Source: a virus
Lineage: Duplodnaviria > Heunggongvirae > Uroviricota > Caudoviricetes
Reading direction: 5' to 3' (one strand)
Length of the DNA stretch: 64,000 nucleotides
Virus record (IMG/VR): IMGVR_UViG_3300017971_000186
How positions within the stretch are numbered: position 1 is the stretch's first letter; each line of letters opens with the position of its first letter. Shown here one piece after another: positions 1 to 9,509 of the stretch. The position numbers and the translations under genes were made by a program. The notes beneath the pieces are model-generated. The model did not search any database. It saw only the letters and a list, made by a program, of their open reading frames with translations, and was not told where the DNA came from.

Positions 1-180
1 GAGTCTTGGCCCTGGAAGATTTAGGGGATATTTTTATTGCAAAAACATTTCTCACACCAGATATGTTGAAAGAGATGGAATGGTGTCAACCTTTAATAGA
101 TCCAGAGATTGATATCAAAATTGATTCATTTGCAGATCTATTAAAGCTTGATACTATAAAAATTCGAGAGCCAAAATTCT

Positions 181-429
181 TTGAACAAGAATTGGCTGAA
201 ACATTTTTCAAATTACTCTTATCGGAAGAAATTGATTATGAATAAAAAATTAAAATTATGTTGTCCTGTATGCGGGGATGAGATCACGGCAGATCCCCAT
301 GAAATAAAAAAACATATGACAACGAATAAAGAACATATAGAACGTTTAGAGATACTTATCTTAACACAAAAAGTAATAAAAGGCAAACTCGAAGAAACCT
401 TTTATCCTGATAGGAGATTGCCCAATTAA
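181..429 (+). CDS. Small Zn-ribbon protein (CPVCG motif). The true start is probably the ATG at 238, which overlaps the upstream stop as ATGA.
   Basis: ORF track. The CxxC motif sits near the N-terminus of the short form. There is stop-start overlap with ORF 6..245. Confidence 0.35.
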   Translation: MNKNWLKHFSNYSYRKKLIMNKKLKLCCPVCGDEITADPHEIKKHMTTNKEHIERLEILILTQKVIKGKLEETFYPDRRLPN

Positions 430-431
430 TT

Positions 432-725
432 ATGGAACAAAGATTAATTAGAAATTTAAACTTTTTAGAAAAAGGGGTCTATTTCGTATCAAATAAAGTT
501 CAAGCTGAACCTCAATTTACTCTTACTTTAGATTATGATGATTCTGATAAAGGAAAATTTATTAAAATAAATAAATATTATTTGAAAAAAATGATAGAAG
601 AAGCAGGTTTCGCTGATGTATTTGTGGCATATTGGTTTTTTGAAAAAGAAAAAGCTTACGCTTATATCTGTGTAGAAAATGAAATGGTAAAAGATTGGTT
701 TAGAACAACTTATATGTTAGCCTAA
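432..725 (+). CDS. hypothetical protein
   Basis: 97-aa ORF with diverse composition, contiguous with neighbouring genes. Confidence 0.4.
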   Translation: MEQRLIRNLNFLEKGVYFVSNKVQAEPQFTLTLDYDDSDKGKFIKINKYYLKKMIEEAGFADVFVAYWFFEKEKAYAYICVENEMVKDWFRTTYMLA

Positions 726-780
726 AAAAACTTCTGTATTTTTGCATTGCTAGCGTCGTATAAATATATAAGGATTAATC

Positions 781-1062
781 ATGAAAAGGAGACATATGAT
801 TTTTACGATAGGGCATACAGAAAGTTATAAACAATATTTATCAAAACAAGAAAAATGTATGAAACTTGGAAGGACAGAAAACTATCGTGGTGGTTCTGTA
901 TGGCAGACAAAGGAGGAAGCGGAAAAATTCTGCCCAGTTGATTATTCTGTATATGGGTTGAAAGCTGATTGGAATAAAGATACCGAACCCAATCCAAATA
1001 ATTGTTGGTCTGATCTACTTTACGATAGAGAGATTGTTGATTTAAATACAGACAAATTATGA
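781..1062 (+). CDS. hypothetical protein
   Basis: 93-aa ORF. An AAGGAGA-like RBS lies upstream, and the ORF follows an AT-rich promoter-like spacer at 720-780. Confidence 0.4.
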   Translation: MKRRHMIFTIGHTESYKQYLSKQEKCMKLGRTENYRGGSVWQTKEEAEKFCPVDYSVYGLKADWNKDTEPNPNNCWSDLLYDREIVDLNTDKL

Positions 1063-1291
1063 CTGATAATATGACCGATATTGTATTCTATGTAATCACA
1101 GATTGTTCTCAAATGAAATATATCTACAAAGATATAATAAATTGGGGAATCAATCATTATGCTAGCTGTTTAAATATTACCTTGACTACTAAAGAGAAAA
1201 AGGCAGTTTTTACTAAAATTATTAATGGGATAGAAAATTTAAAATTAAAATATGATGGTTCATTATTTTTAAAAATTTAGATGAGGTAAAA

Positions 1292-1891
1292 ATGGATGGT
1301 TTTTTTACAGGAATCGGTAGCCGTAATACTCCAGAAAAATATTTAAATATTCTTGAAAATGTTAGCAGATTTATTGTAGATACCTACAAATTGAAATTAC
1401 GTAGTGGGCACGCTGTAGGAGCCGATAGAGCCTGTGAAAAGGGTGCAAACGGTTTTGCCGATATCTACCTACCTTGGAAAACTTATGGGATTAGACCCTA
1501 TAAGAATGATCCAGGGATGGAAGTTATCGGCAATGCTATTATTCCTGAACGAGAAAAAGAAATAGCTGAATTTATGTGCGATCTTGTTGCCAGAAAACCT
1601 TATCAAGAAATGGAACGTGGTGTGCAATTATTAATGGAACGTAATGTAAATCAGATTATTGGACATACAGATCCCGTACATGAATTAAGCCGAATCGTAT
1701 TATGTTATAGCCCAGATATAGGAGGGACAAGTTACGCGACAGCTCTAGCGAGACACTTTGATATTCATATTACAAATATTTTAAATTTAAATTTAAGTGA
1801 AGTAATAGAAGAAGTGGATTCAGTTATACCGTCTACTTCAAGAATAAAATTAACAAAAGCTGAAATACTAGAAGGAATTTACAATTTATGA
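1292..1891 (+). CDS. DprA/Smf-like (SLOG Rossmann-fold) DNA-processing protein
   Basis: N-terminal 'TGIGSRNTP' followed by 'SGHAVGADRACEKGA' resembles the DprA signatures 'VGSRxxS' and 'SGxAxGIDxxAHxxAL'. Later 'ERNVNQIIGHTD' resembles the 'RNRIISGLS' region. GAGGT RBS. Confidence 0.5.
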   Translation: MDGFFTGIGSRNTPEKYLNILENVSRFIVDTYKLKLRSGHAVGADRACEKGANGFADIYLPWKTYGIRPYKNDPGMEVIGNAIIPEREKEIAEFMCDLVARKPYQEMERGVQLLMERNVNQIIGHTDPVHELSRIVLCYSPDIGGTSYATALARHFDIHITNILNLNLSEVIEEVDSVIPSTSRIKLTKAEILEGIYNL

Positions 1892-2961
1892 CTGAACCAA
1901 TGATCACTAACCATATTATACGTTTTGGGGATTCTAGGGATAACTTTCCACTAAAGAGCAATAGTGTTGATTTAATAATTACTTCTCCTCCATACCCTAT
2001 GATAGAAATGTGGGATATGCTGTTCTTTGATTTTCTGGATATCAAACCAGATAAAGAAATGAAAACAAATGCACTTTTTGAAGCTATGCATCAAGAGCTA
2101 GATAAAGTATGGTCAGAATGTTATCGGGTACTAAAACCCGGTGGCTTTGCTTGCCTCAATATCGGAGATGCTGTTCGAACATTTTATAAAACTTTTCAAT
2201 TATTCCCAAATCATGCCAGAGTTATGGATTTCTGTATGGATATAGGACTTATTCCCCTTCCATTAATCCTATGGAGAAAACCAACAAATGCCCCGAATAA
2301 ATTCATGGGTTCTGGTATGCTTCCCGCAGGGGCTTATGTAACCCTGGAAAATGAATACATACTCATATTTAGAAAAATGGGTAAAAGAACCTTTCTCACT
2401 CCTGAGGATAAACTTAGAAGAAAACAAAGTGCTTTCTTCTGGGAAGAAAGGAATCAATGGTTCTCTGATACTTGGAGTTTTAAAGGTACAAAGCAAAAAC
2501 TTAATCATAAAAATATTGAGCGAAGTGCTGCCTTTCCTTTTGAATTACCATACCGATTAATTAATATGTATTCCTTGAAAGGAGATGTGATATTAGATCC
2601 ATTTCTCGGTACCGGTACAACCTCACTAGCTGCTATGGCATCTGGTAGAAATAGTATAGGTATTGAATATAATAATGATTTTAAAGAAATTATTGAAAAT
2701 AATCTTACCAATAATATTGATTTCATGAACGGGTATATAAAAGAAAGACTCAATAATCATTTTACCTATACAGAAACAAATGGTATAGACAATTTTAATT
2801 ACCATAATAAGAGCCATAACTGCCCGGTAAAAACAAATCAAGAGATTGAAATACAAATAGATCAAATAAAAGAGATATTACTAGGTAATTCTAATGCTGA
2901 TAACACACTAATTTTTAATACTGAATATAACAATACATTAATTCAACAGGACAAAGAATAA
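1888..2961 (+). CDS. beta-class amino-DNA methyltransferase (N4-cytosine or N6-adenine)
   Basis: Catalytic motif IV 'DLIITSPPY' is near the N-terminus. The AdoMet motif I 'ILDPFLGTGTTSLAA' lies about 200 aa later. The order IV then I is typical of the beta class. Confidence 0.85.
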   Translation: MTEPMITNHIIRFGDSRDNFPLKSNSVDLIITSPPYPMIEMWDMLFFDFLDIKPDKEMKTNALFEAMHQELDKVWSECYRVLKPGGFACLNIGDAVRTFYKTFQLFPNHARVMDFCMDIGLIPLPLILWRKPTNAPNKFMGSGMLPAGAYVTLENEYILIFRKMGKRTFLTPEDKLRRKQSAFFWEERNQWFSDTWSFKGTKQKLNHKNIERSAAFPFELPYRLINMYSLKGDVILDPFLGTGTTSLAAMASGRNSIGIEYNNDFKEIIENNLTNNIDFMNGYIKERLNNHFTYTETNGIDNFNYHNKSHNCPVKTNQEIEIQIDQIKEILLGNSNADNTLIFNTEYNNTLIQQDKE

Positions 2962-2994
2962 AGAATGGCCATAAATTAACAGACTCTAATAACA

Positions 2995-3654
2995 ATGATA
3001 AAAGAGGAGGGTTTAGTGATTGTAGCGTTATTTTCAGCGCTATTTGCCATTTCAATTTGGTTCTATATTTTTACTCTTATTTTTATTATTATAGCTATTA
3101 TTTGTGAAGAGCATGATTCTTTTGAATTCGCTATAGTTCTGCTAGTCCTTTACAGTTTAGCTATCCAATTTTTCGCAAAAATTAACATTTTCAAATGGAT
3201 AATAGAAAATCCTATCCATCTTTTATGGATAATACCAGGATATATCCTTTTCGGAATTATATGGTCCTGGGTAAAATGGGGACTCTTGCTTAATAAGATA
3301 GCAAAAAAGACAGAAGAAAAATGGGAGGATTTTTTAAAAGATAAGGAACTTCCTAAAGATACTAAAACAATATCTAAAAAATTACATGAGGAATGGAAAA
3401 GCCAGATTCGTTATGGCTATGAAAGGCCAGTATTTAAAGAAAGTAAAAAGAAAATATCTGTATGGGTTATGTATTGGCCCATCAGCATTATTTGGTATCT
3501 TTTAAATAACCTTATTAAAGATCTTATAAATCGGATAGTTGTTCAATTTCGAAAAGTTTATGAAGGTATTGCTAATAATGCATTTAAAGAAATTGATAAT
3601 ATTAAAATAGAAGAAAGTTCTAAAGTAAAAAAACTTAATAGAACTAACAATTAA
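2995..3654 (+). CDS. Integral membrane protein. The start is possibly the GTG at 3010, after AAAGAGGAGG.
   Basis: Several long hydrophobic segments, then a Lys/Glu-rich C-terminal half. Confidence 0.45.
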   Translation: MIKEEGLVIVALFSALFAISIWFYIFTLIFIIIAIICEEHDSFEFAIVLLVLYSLAIQFFAKINIFKWIIENPIHLLWIIPGYILFGIIWSWVKWGLLLNKIAKKTEEKWEDFLKDKELPKDTKTISKKLHEEWKSQIRYGYERPVFKESKKKISVWVMYWPISIIWYLLNNLIKDLINRIVVQFRKVYEGIANNAFKEIDNIKIEESSKVKKLNRTNN

Positions 3655-3674
3655 ATAAAAGATCTAAATAAAAT

Positions 3675-3857
3675 ATGGAGGGTGATATGACTAAATGTTC
3701 AAAATGCGGAACTGCTGTATATGGCTCTAAATGCCCTAGATGTGGTAAAGTAATAAAGAGATCTGGTAGCTATAAATCATCAAGTTCCTTTGATGATGAT
3801 GATTCTATCTTCGGTTCTGATAGCGATGATGATAGTAGCTATGATGACGATGAATAA
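3675..3857 (+). CDS. Zn-ribbon mini-protein with acidic Asp/Ser tail. The start is probably at 3687.
   Basis: CSKCG...CPRCG motif. The GGAGGGTGAT RBS precedes the ATGACT at 3687. Confidence 0.45.
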   Translation: MEGDMTKCSKCGTAVYGSKCPRCGKVIKRSGSYKSSSSFDDDDSIFGSDSDDDSSYDDDE

Positions 3858-4102
3858 TGAAAAAAAGTGAAAAACTAATTAAGAGACTTGAAGATGAGTT
3901 TAATTTAAAAGCTGTCTCTTTCTACCGATGTTACCCAGGTTATTGGCAACGTAAAGCCGGAACCTGGGTCTGGTGGGTTGAATTAGATAATGGAAGACTA
4001 ATAGGATCAAGTCAATCTGTCACATCATTATTAAAATGTAAAAAATGGTATATCGTAGTATCACCGGTACTTAGTGTAGATGATGAAATTGTAGGAGAAT
4101 AA
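3857..4102 (+). CDS. hypothetical protein
   Basis: 81-aa ORF. ATGA overlap with the upstream gene. Confidence 0.4.
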   Translation: MKKSEKLIKRLEDEFNLKAVSFYRCYPGYWQRKAGTWVWWVELDNGRLIGSSQSVTSLLKCKKWYIVVSPVLSVDDEIVGE

Positions 4103-4105
4103 TCC

Positions 4106-4495
4106 ATGGAATTAACTGAAAATAACGTAGAGGAAATATTAAACAACTGTCTCTTTCAAAATGGAGAAGATACAACCAAACATGTCAGAGCAGAAGGCAT
4201 TCTTCAAACTTTTGGACTTCACCCTGGCAGACTTGAAGAGAACAAAGCTAATATCGGTGAACTCATAAATCAGCTTCCTGAATCATTTCTGGAAAGTAAC
4301 GGTGGTGACACATTCCTAAATATGTGTAAAAATAAAAACGGTGATCAATGGGCTAGTTATCATCGTATCATGGAAATTTTATTGATCCTAGGTATTGCTA
4401 TTGGTAAACTGAAATATAAGACTCCCAGAAAACTATGGTTTGGAACTCCACCAGATATAATCATTGTTGAAGAAGAGACTCATAAGGAGGATTAA
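4106..4495 (+). CDS. hypothetical protein
   Basis: 129-aa ORF. AGGAGAATAATCC RBS. Confidence 0.45.
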   Translation: MELTENNVEEILNNCLFQNGEDTTKHVRAEGILQTFGLHPGRLEENKANIGELINQLPESFLESNGGDTFLNMCKNKNGDQWASYHRIMEILLILGIAIGKLKYKTPRKLWFGTPPDIIIVEEETHKED

Positions 4496-4497
4496 TA

Positions 4498-4721
4498 TGA
4501 AGTATCAACTCTGGACTGAGGGTTATCAAGCAACCGGAGAATCAAGTGGTGCCCAATATCACGGAGAATGGGAGGGTGAAACTTTTCGAGATGCTGTCAT
4601 AGCATTCCGAGATTCACTAACTGATAAATATTCACGTGATTGTATTAACATAGAAAGATTAACTTTTTGGGGTTGTGAATTTTTTGATAACAAAAATGAT
4701 GCAAGAAAATCCTTTGGCTAA
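4498..4721 (+). CDS. hypothetical protein (short form of ORF 4464..4721)
   Basis: AAGGAGGATTAAT lies immediately upstream of the ATGAAGTATCAA at 4498. The longer N-terminus is probably artefactual. Confidence 0.4.
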
Positions 4722-5208
4722 CCTACACAAGAAGGAAAAGATGGAAGATAACGAAAATACAATAGAATTGGCACAAATTCCGTATGGAATTGAATTTGAA
4801 CATGAAGGTAGAAAATATATTGCAGTAGGATGGAGTGGTACAAGAACAAAATGTTATGATGTTACTGATCTTAAGAAAATACAAATATCATGTTATGAGG
4901 AGGTAAAAGTTGATCCTTTAATTTACAGTGACATTAAAAATGATAACCAATTTAAAGATACTGAAATAGAGAGACAATTGGAAATACCCATTGGAGAACT
5001 AGAAAAGAAAAAAGATACTCCTGAAGTAAGAGCACTCCTGAAAATTATCAAAACATTCCCATTTATAGTTGATGTAGCTGAGCATAAATTCGATCCTGAC
5101 TACGCTGGCATGTCTATAGTCAAAGAAATGTACGAAAGATTAACCGTTGAACAATTAGTAGAAATTTTCAAGCTAGAAAAATTAGAAGAAGATAAAACCG
5201 ATGAGTAA
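4675..5208 (+). CDS. hypothetical protein
   Basis: 177-aa acidic ORF. Confidence 0.4.
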   Translation: MNFLITKMMQENPLANLHKKEKMEDNENTIELAQIPYGIEFEHEGRKYIAVGWSGTRTKCYDVTDLKKIQISCYEEVKVDPLIYSDIKNDNQFKDTEIERQLEIPIGELEKKKDTPEVRALLKIIKTFPFIVDVAEHKFDPDYAGMSIVKEMYERLTVEQLVEIFKLEKLEEDKTDE

Positions 5209-5714
5209 ATTTTTTGATATTTTAAAGGATTTTTGAATTGGAATATTTCGAAATGAGGCTAGCTGGGAAAAAATAGCTGAAAATTTAAATATAGAATAAG
5301 GTACTGTATTTTAATGTATGAAAAACACTATGATCCCAATGGGAAGAGTAAATTTATTATCAGTATAAATGAAAAAAAGAGAATAAAAGAATTTACCGGT
5401 GGTAGAGATATATCCGAATTTGAAATTATAAATGAACCTAAAATAGGAAAAGCATGTGTAATTCCATGTACAACTAATTATAGAATATGCAGAGAGGATG
5501 AATATGAGTGTTCCTGATATTATTTATCTGGAAGACATGCAATGGGATACGACCTATGCTGGTTGTAAACCTGCGATTCAACTTAATGTAGAAGGTAAAA
5601 AGATCATCATTAACATATTACAAATAAAAGATATGTACAGAAAAATCATGATGAACGAAATCAAACCCCTAGTGGATGAAATACATGATAACATAAATAG
5701 AAAAGGTCAGACCT

Positions 5715-5876
5715 TATGAAAAAACTTAAAGATTACACATTTGGTGAAATTTATGATGAATGTAATAATAGGACAACTTGTGATGACTGTAAGTTCGAAA
5801 TAATATGTTCTACATTGCCCTTATCTTTTGATGACATCTTCATTATCACAAAAATTGATGTAGAAATGGAAATATA
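5715..5876 (+). CDS. small Cys-rich protein (53 aa)
   Basis: Below 60 aa, so not in the track. ATGA overlap with the upstream gene. 'CDDCKFEIIC'. Confidence 0.3.
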
Positions 5877-6035
5877 ATGGCTATTAAATTAATTCATTCA
5901 GAACCTGATTCATCCCATATTTTATACCAAATATGTCCCAATTGTGGTTCTAATATGGAATTTATATCAAAAGATATAACAAAATCTAAAGGTGGATCAT
6001 ATATAATATGCCCTAGTTGTTTGAAAATTGCTTAA
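5877..6035 (+). CDS. mini Zn-ribbon protein (52 aa), paralog of 6534..6665
   Basis: 'ICPNCGSNMEFISKDITKSK...CPSC'. It shares the 'MA[IV]K..., ICPNC..M.F...DI.NSK' pattern with the ORF at 6534. Confidence 0.4.
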   Translation: MAIKLIHSEPDSSHILYQICPNCGSNMEFISKDITKSKGGSYIICPSCLKIA

Positions 6036-6279
6036 TTTAAAAGGAGAGATTGTGAAAAAAATAGAAATTTCATTTGATGGTAGTAATGAATCGTTGAAAG
6101 AACTGTGTGTGACTATGGAAAAACTATTCAGGGCATATGAGAATAGTGGTACTATAGAGAAGTTTTACAATGTAACAACGCAATCAACAAACAACACAGA
6201 AAGTGCGTCATTTACTCCACATGATTGTGTTGAGATGTCAGATGGCGTATCTTGTCAAATTTGCGGTGAAATTATATAA
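6028..6279 (+). CDS. Hypothetical protein. The likely GTG start is at 6052, after AAAGGAGAGATT.
   Basis: ORF track. C-terminal 'CQICGE' motif. Confidence 0.4.
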   Translation: MLNLKGEIVKKIEISFDGSNESLKELCVTMEKLFRAYENSGTIEKFYNVTTQSTNNTESASFTPHDCVEMSDGVSCQICGEII

Positions 6280-6533
6280 ATAAAACGACGCACATTTCTG
6301 GGAACGTTGTAATAATTGTATAATCCTTTCAACAAAAGGAGCTTTCTGGATTTTTTTCGGATTTTTTTGTACAGCGCTTTTAATGGGGATTCGATTTAGC
6401 TATAATCCAAATTTTTCATTATCTTTTTTATACACAATAATACCATTTGTTATGGGTATAATCGTTGAAATAATTCTATACTATAGGAAGAAAAAAGACA
6501 ATTCCAGATTCAAAAATAGAAAGAATAATAGCT

Positions 6534-6665
6534 ATGGCTGTTAAGATAGTTAATAAGGATCCAGATCCATGCTATATAAGGCAAAAGATATGTCCCAATT
6601 GTGCTGTCACTATGAAATTTTTACCAAGAGATATTAGCAATTCTAAAATAGAGACGAAGAATTAA
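6534..6665 (+). CDS. mini Zn-ribbon protein (43 aa), paralog of 5877..6035
   Basis: 'MAVKIVNKDPDPCYIRQKICPNCAVTMKFLPRDISNSK'. Confidence 0.35.
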   Translation: MAVKIVNKDPDPCYIRQKICPNCAVTMKFLPRDISNSKIETKN

Positions 6666-6671
6666 CATCAA

Positions 6672-7022
6672 ATGGCAATCAAAATAGAAAGTTTATCGGA
6701 ATTAAAACAGTGGAATAAAAACCCCACTAAGGAAAAGCCCATAGTCCTAGAATGGCTCATGGACTGGTTCTTCGAAGAATTACTTGATAGAAGTGAGATA
6801 GAAAAAGCAATCGAAGCTCGGGAAGTATTAATAGAGTTTACTATGATATGCGAGAAAATGGATCGAAAGAATGCCATAGAAAGAGTTGATACAAATTTCG
6901 ATTATTATAGTGGACGGGCTATCACCCGATGGAGACCCGAATGGTTGGAATTAAAGAAACAAATATATAAAAATGGTGGAAAAGTTTTTCAAAGTCACTG
7001 GCCAGCAATAACAGGCTATTAA
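6672..7022 (+). CDS. hypothetical protein
   Basis: 116-aa ORF. Confidence 0.4.
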   Translation: MAIKIESLSELKQWNKNPTKEKPIVLEWLMDWFFEELLDRSEIEKAIEAREVLIEFTMICEKMDRKNAIERVDTNFDYYSGRAITRWRPEWLELKKQIYKNGGKVFQSHWPAITGY

Positions 7023-7037
7023 AAGGGGAAAGATATT

Positions 7038-7283
7038 ATGGAGGAAATGACACCTGGAGAAATAATGGCAAGGATATTAAAAGGAGATAATACAGTTTCA
7101 AAAGAAAAATTTGAAGAAGTAACTGTAAACTTTTTTACTAAGCATGGAGTCCATTGTGAAATTACCAGTGATTTTAATAATCTTAAAAAGAAATCCCATA
7201 AACATGAATTTGAATCCGATGGAGGAAATTGTATTCATTGTGATATGACATGGGATGAAATAAACGAAGGAGAAGAGAAATAA
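7038..7283 (+). CDS. hypothetical protein with C-terminal Cys/His cluster
   Basis: AAAGGGGAAAG RBS. 'HCEIT...CIHCDM'. Confidence 0.4.
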   Translation: MEEMTPGEIMARILKGDNTVSKEKFEEVTVNFFTKHGVHCEITSDFNNLKKKSHKHEFESDGGNCIHCDMTWDEINEGEEK

Positions 7284-7506
7284 ATTGCAAACAGCAACTC
7301 GATTAAACAACAGGAATTATAATTACGAAAAAGTAAACAGAATAAGAAAAGAATTCGAAAGAAAAGTAAGAGGCGGTGACTTGATTCAGTATACTTATTG
7401 GCTTGAGAAAAGAATCTTAAAAGCTGAGGAGACATTACGAAAATACGAGCAAAAAGTAAAAAGTTGTTCAAATAAAATTCGAAGGGCTCTAATATAAGGA
7501 TGAGAA

Positions 7507-8028
7507 ATGGTTAAATATTCTGCAGAAATCAAAGATGGAAAATTATTAGGTATAGGATTAACTAATATGAATATCGAGAAATTAAAAAAGGGCATGCCTA
7601 TCCTAGTAAAACTTCCAGATCTCAAAATACTAACTGGTTGGAATGGTAGCATTGTCATTATGTACGGTAAAACTAAAAAAGCTATAAAAAGAGAAATAAA
7701 ACAAGCCTCTCTTGGAAAAATAAAATATATAGACAGAATAGGTGAAATATTAAAATTCTCTTTTACTATTAGAGGAGAAAAAACACTAGGAATAGGTATA
7801 AATGAATCCCATACAAATAAACTTATAGAATGGATACCATTTAAAATAGAATATCAAGATCTTAAAGATCTAACGGGCTGGGAAGGTAAAATCCTTCTTT
7901 CATGTGGTGACTCTGAAGAAGATATACGGGAGGAATTATCTGATTATATTGGCGAAAACACTAAAATAATCGATAAGAAAAAGGAATACATCGAAAAACA
8001 TTTGAAAGGTAAAGAAAATGGCGATTAA
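7507..8028 (+). CDS. hypothetical protein with internal ~65-aa tandem domain duplication
   Basis: The repeats 'LLGIGLTNMNIEKLKKGMPILVKLPDLKILTGWNGSIVIMYG' and 'TLGIGINESHTNKLIEWIPFKIEYQDLKDLTGWEGKILLSCG' are clearly related. Confidence 0.45.
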   Translation: MVKYSAEIKDGKLLGIGLTNMNIEKLKKGMPILVKLPDLKILTGWNGSIVIMYGKTKKAIKREIKQASLGKIKYIDRIGEILKFSFTIRGEKTLGIGINESHTNKLIEWIPFKIEYQDLKDLTGWEGKILLSCGDSEEDIREELSDYIGENTKIIDKKKEYIEKHLKGKENGD

Positions 8029-8230
8029 TGATGATGATATCACAGTTTGGAACTGTCCCGAAGCTGGCTGTAACGGAAAATTAATAAGACGAAAAAATAA
8101 GATTGATGGATCTCCTTTTCTCGGATGTACCAGATTTCCGAAATGCCGGTACACTCAAAAAGATGAATCAAATAGTGACGAGGAAGGATATCCTGATGGA
8201 CTGGCTGATGCTGCATCAGTATGGGAATAA
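8018..8230 (+). CDS. stand-alone topoisomerase-type C4 zinc-ribbon protein
   Basis: 'WNCPEAGCNGKLIRRKNKIDGSPFLGCTRFPKCRY' fits the zf-C4_Topoisom pattern (CPxCG...k.G.Fl.Cs.yP.C.y). Confidence 0.55.
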   Translation: MAINDDDITVWNCPEAGCNGKLIRRKNKIDGSPFLGCTRFPKCRYTQKDESNSDEEGYPDGLADAASVWE

Positions 8231-8414
8231 TTGGAGGTAGGATATGGTACGGACTGAATACCAATGCTCTCACATCAAAGAATGTAATAAAAAAAATTGT
8301 CCCCATTATCCGAGACACAGTAAAAAAGAAGATTGTAATGAAGAATGTGATGATTTTAAAGAAGCCAGATGTGTATTAAGGAAACCCAGGCGATCATATC
8401 ATAAAAGGTAATGT

Positions 8415-8615
8415 ATGAACAATTTTGAACTTAGTGATCAACAAAAAAAATTAAAAGAAGAACATGGTTCACCCGAAGAATTTGCAAAGGCATGTTACAA
8501 AGCAATACCTGAATTTATAAGTAGAAATGAAGCTGAAATAGCTATTCAAAAATATGATTATGAATGGATTGAAGCAGGAGCAAATAGGTGCTTAAGAATG
8601 CGAAAAAATTACTAG
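8415..8615 (+). CDS. hypothetical protein
   Basis: 66-aa ORF with a nearby RBS. Confidence 0.35.
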   Translation: MNNFELSDQQKKLKEEHGSPEEFAKACYKAIPEFISRNEAEIAIQKYDYEWIEAGANRCLRMRKNY

Positions 8616-8848
8616 AATGCATCCAGGTATATAGGAGCCATGGTGAAAATGAACTTTCTGAAGAACACTTTGAAATGGCTCAGAAAGCCCAAAAAGAGAT
8701 CGAAGACATATCTGAGGCTATACCAGTCATCCGAGCTATACTCGATGCTCACGGCCCTACAAGCCAGCCCTGTATGGCGCTAAGGATTGCTATAGAAAAA
8801 GCTGAGAACTGGTTGGAGAATTTTCAATTTTCTAATAAAGAGAAATAA
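8588..8848 (+). CDS. hypothetical protein
   Basis: 86-aa ORF. Confidence 0.35.
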   Translation: MLKNAKKLLECIQVYRSHGENELSEEHFEMAQKAQKEIEDISEAIPVIRAILDAHGPTSQPCMALRIAIEKAENWLENFQFSNKEK

Positions 8849-8852
8849 GTAT

Positions 8853-9260
8853 ATGAATGCTTTATATTATGAAGATCTTGTTGTAGGAATGTCTTGTGGT
8901 TGTGGCAATCCTCAATGCAATAAAAAAGCTGAATGGCTTCATGCCAGATGCCATATTAAAAGTGGTCTAATGGTCACATTTACTGAAAATATACTATTTA
9001 TTAATTGTAATACATGCAAAACTTCCGTTGTCAATTTATACTATGATTCAATAACAAATTATAAAAGAATAAATATATCTCATAAAAATGAAACGACTTT
9101 TTTATTCTCAGAATTTGGAGAATGCTCTACACCAGAATGTTCTATTAATATGGGTTTAGAGGTAAGATTCGATAATTATCAAATTTTACTCTATTGCCAT
9201 AAATGCAAGGAACTAGTAGCTACAGTAACTATAAGAAAAAGAGAATCTACAGGGGGTTAA
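8853..9260 (+). CDS. Cys-rich hypothetical protein (multiple CxxC)
   Basis: 'CGCGNPQC', 'CNTCK', 'CSTPEC' and 'CHKCK' suggest a Zn-binding protein. Confidence 0.4.
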   Translation: MNALYYEDLVVGMSCGCGNPQCNKKAEWLHARCHIKSGLMVTFTENILFINCNTCKTSVVNLYYDSITNYKRINISHKNETTFLFSEFGECSTPECSINMGLEVRFDNYQILLYCHKCKELVATVTIRKRESTGG

Positions 9261-9263
9261 TTT

Positions 9264-9509
9264 ATGAGTACAGTGATTATTGAACGTAGAGATTTAATTA
9301 AAAACACCGAAAAAAGAACTATTGGTAACACTCTCGATAACAAAGAAGACAGTAAACAAGAATCAAATCATCCAATGGTTTCAATTGATGATGGATATGA
9401 AAACACTTATCAAATTGATTATATCTGTTATAACAGAAAATGGTTTATGGTAGCACCAGAATCAGACCAGAAAAGACTGACCCGGGAATGGGATGAAAGA
9501 GAAATATAG
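9264..9509 (+). CDS. hypothetical protein
   Basis: GGGGG RBS. 81 aa. Confidence 0.35.
   Translation: MSTVIIERRDLIKNTEKRTIGNTLDNKEDSKQESNHPMVSIDDGYENTYQIDYICYNRKWFMVAPESDQKRLTREWDEREI

Noticed and set aside
803-997. Minus-strand 64-aa ORF antisense to gene 781..1062.
   Set aside because: Fully embedded antisense to a better ORF with an RBS. Low-complexity hydrophobic translation typical of AT-rich shadow frames.
1833-2865. Minus-strand ORFs (1833..2045, 2269..2508, 2505..2753, 2626..2865) inside the methyltransferase gene.
   Set aside because: Antisense shadow ORFs. The plus-strand frame carries unambiguous MTase motifs.
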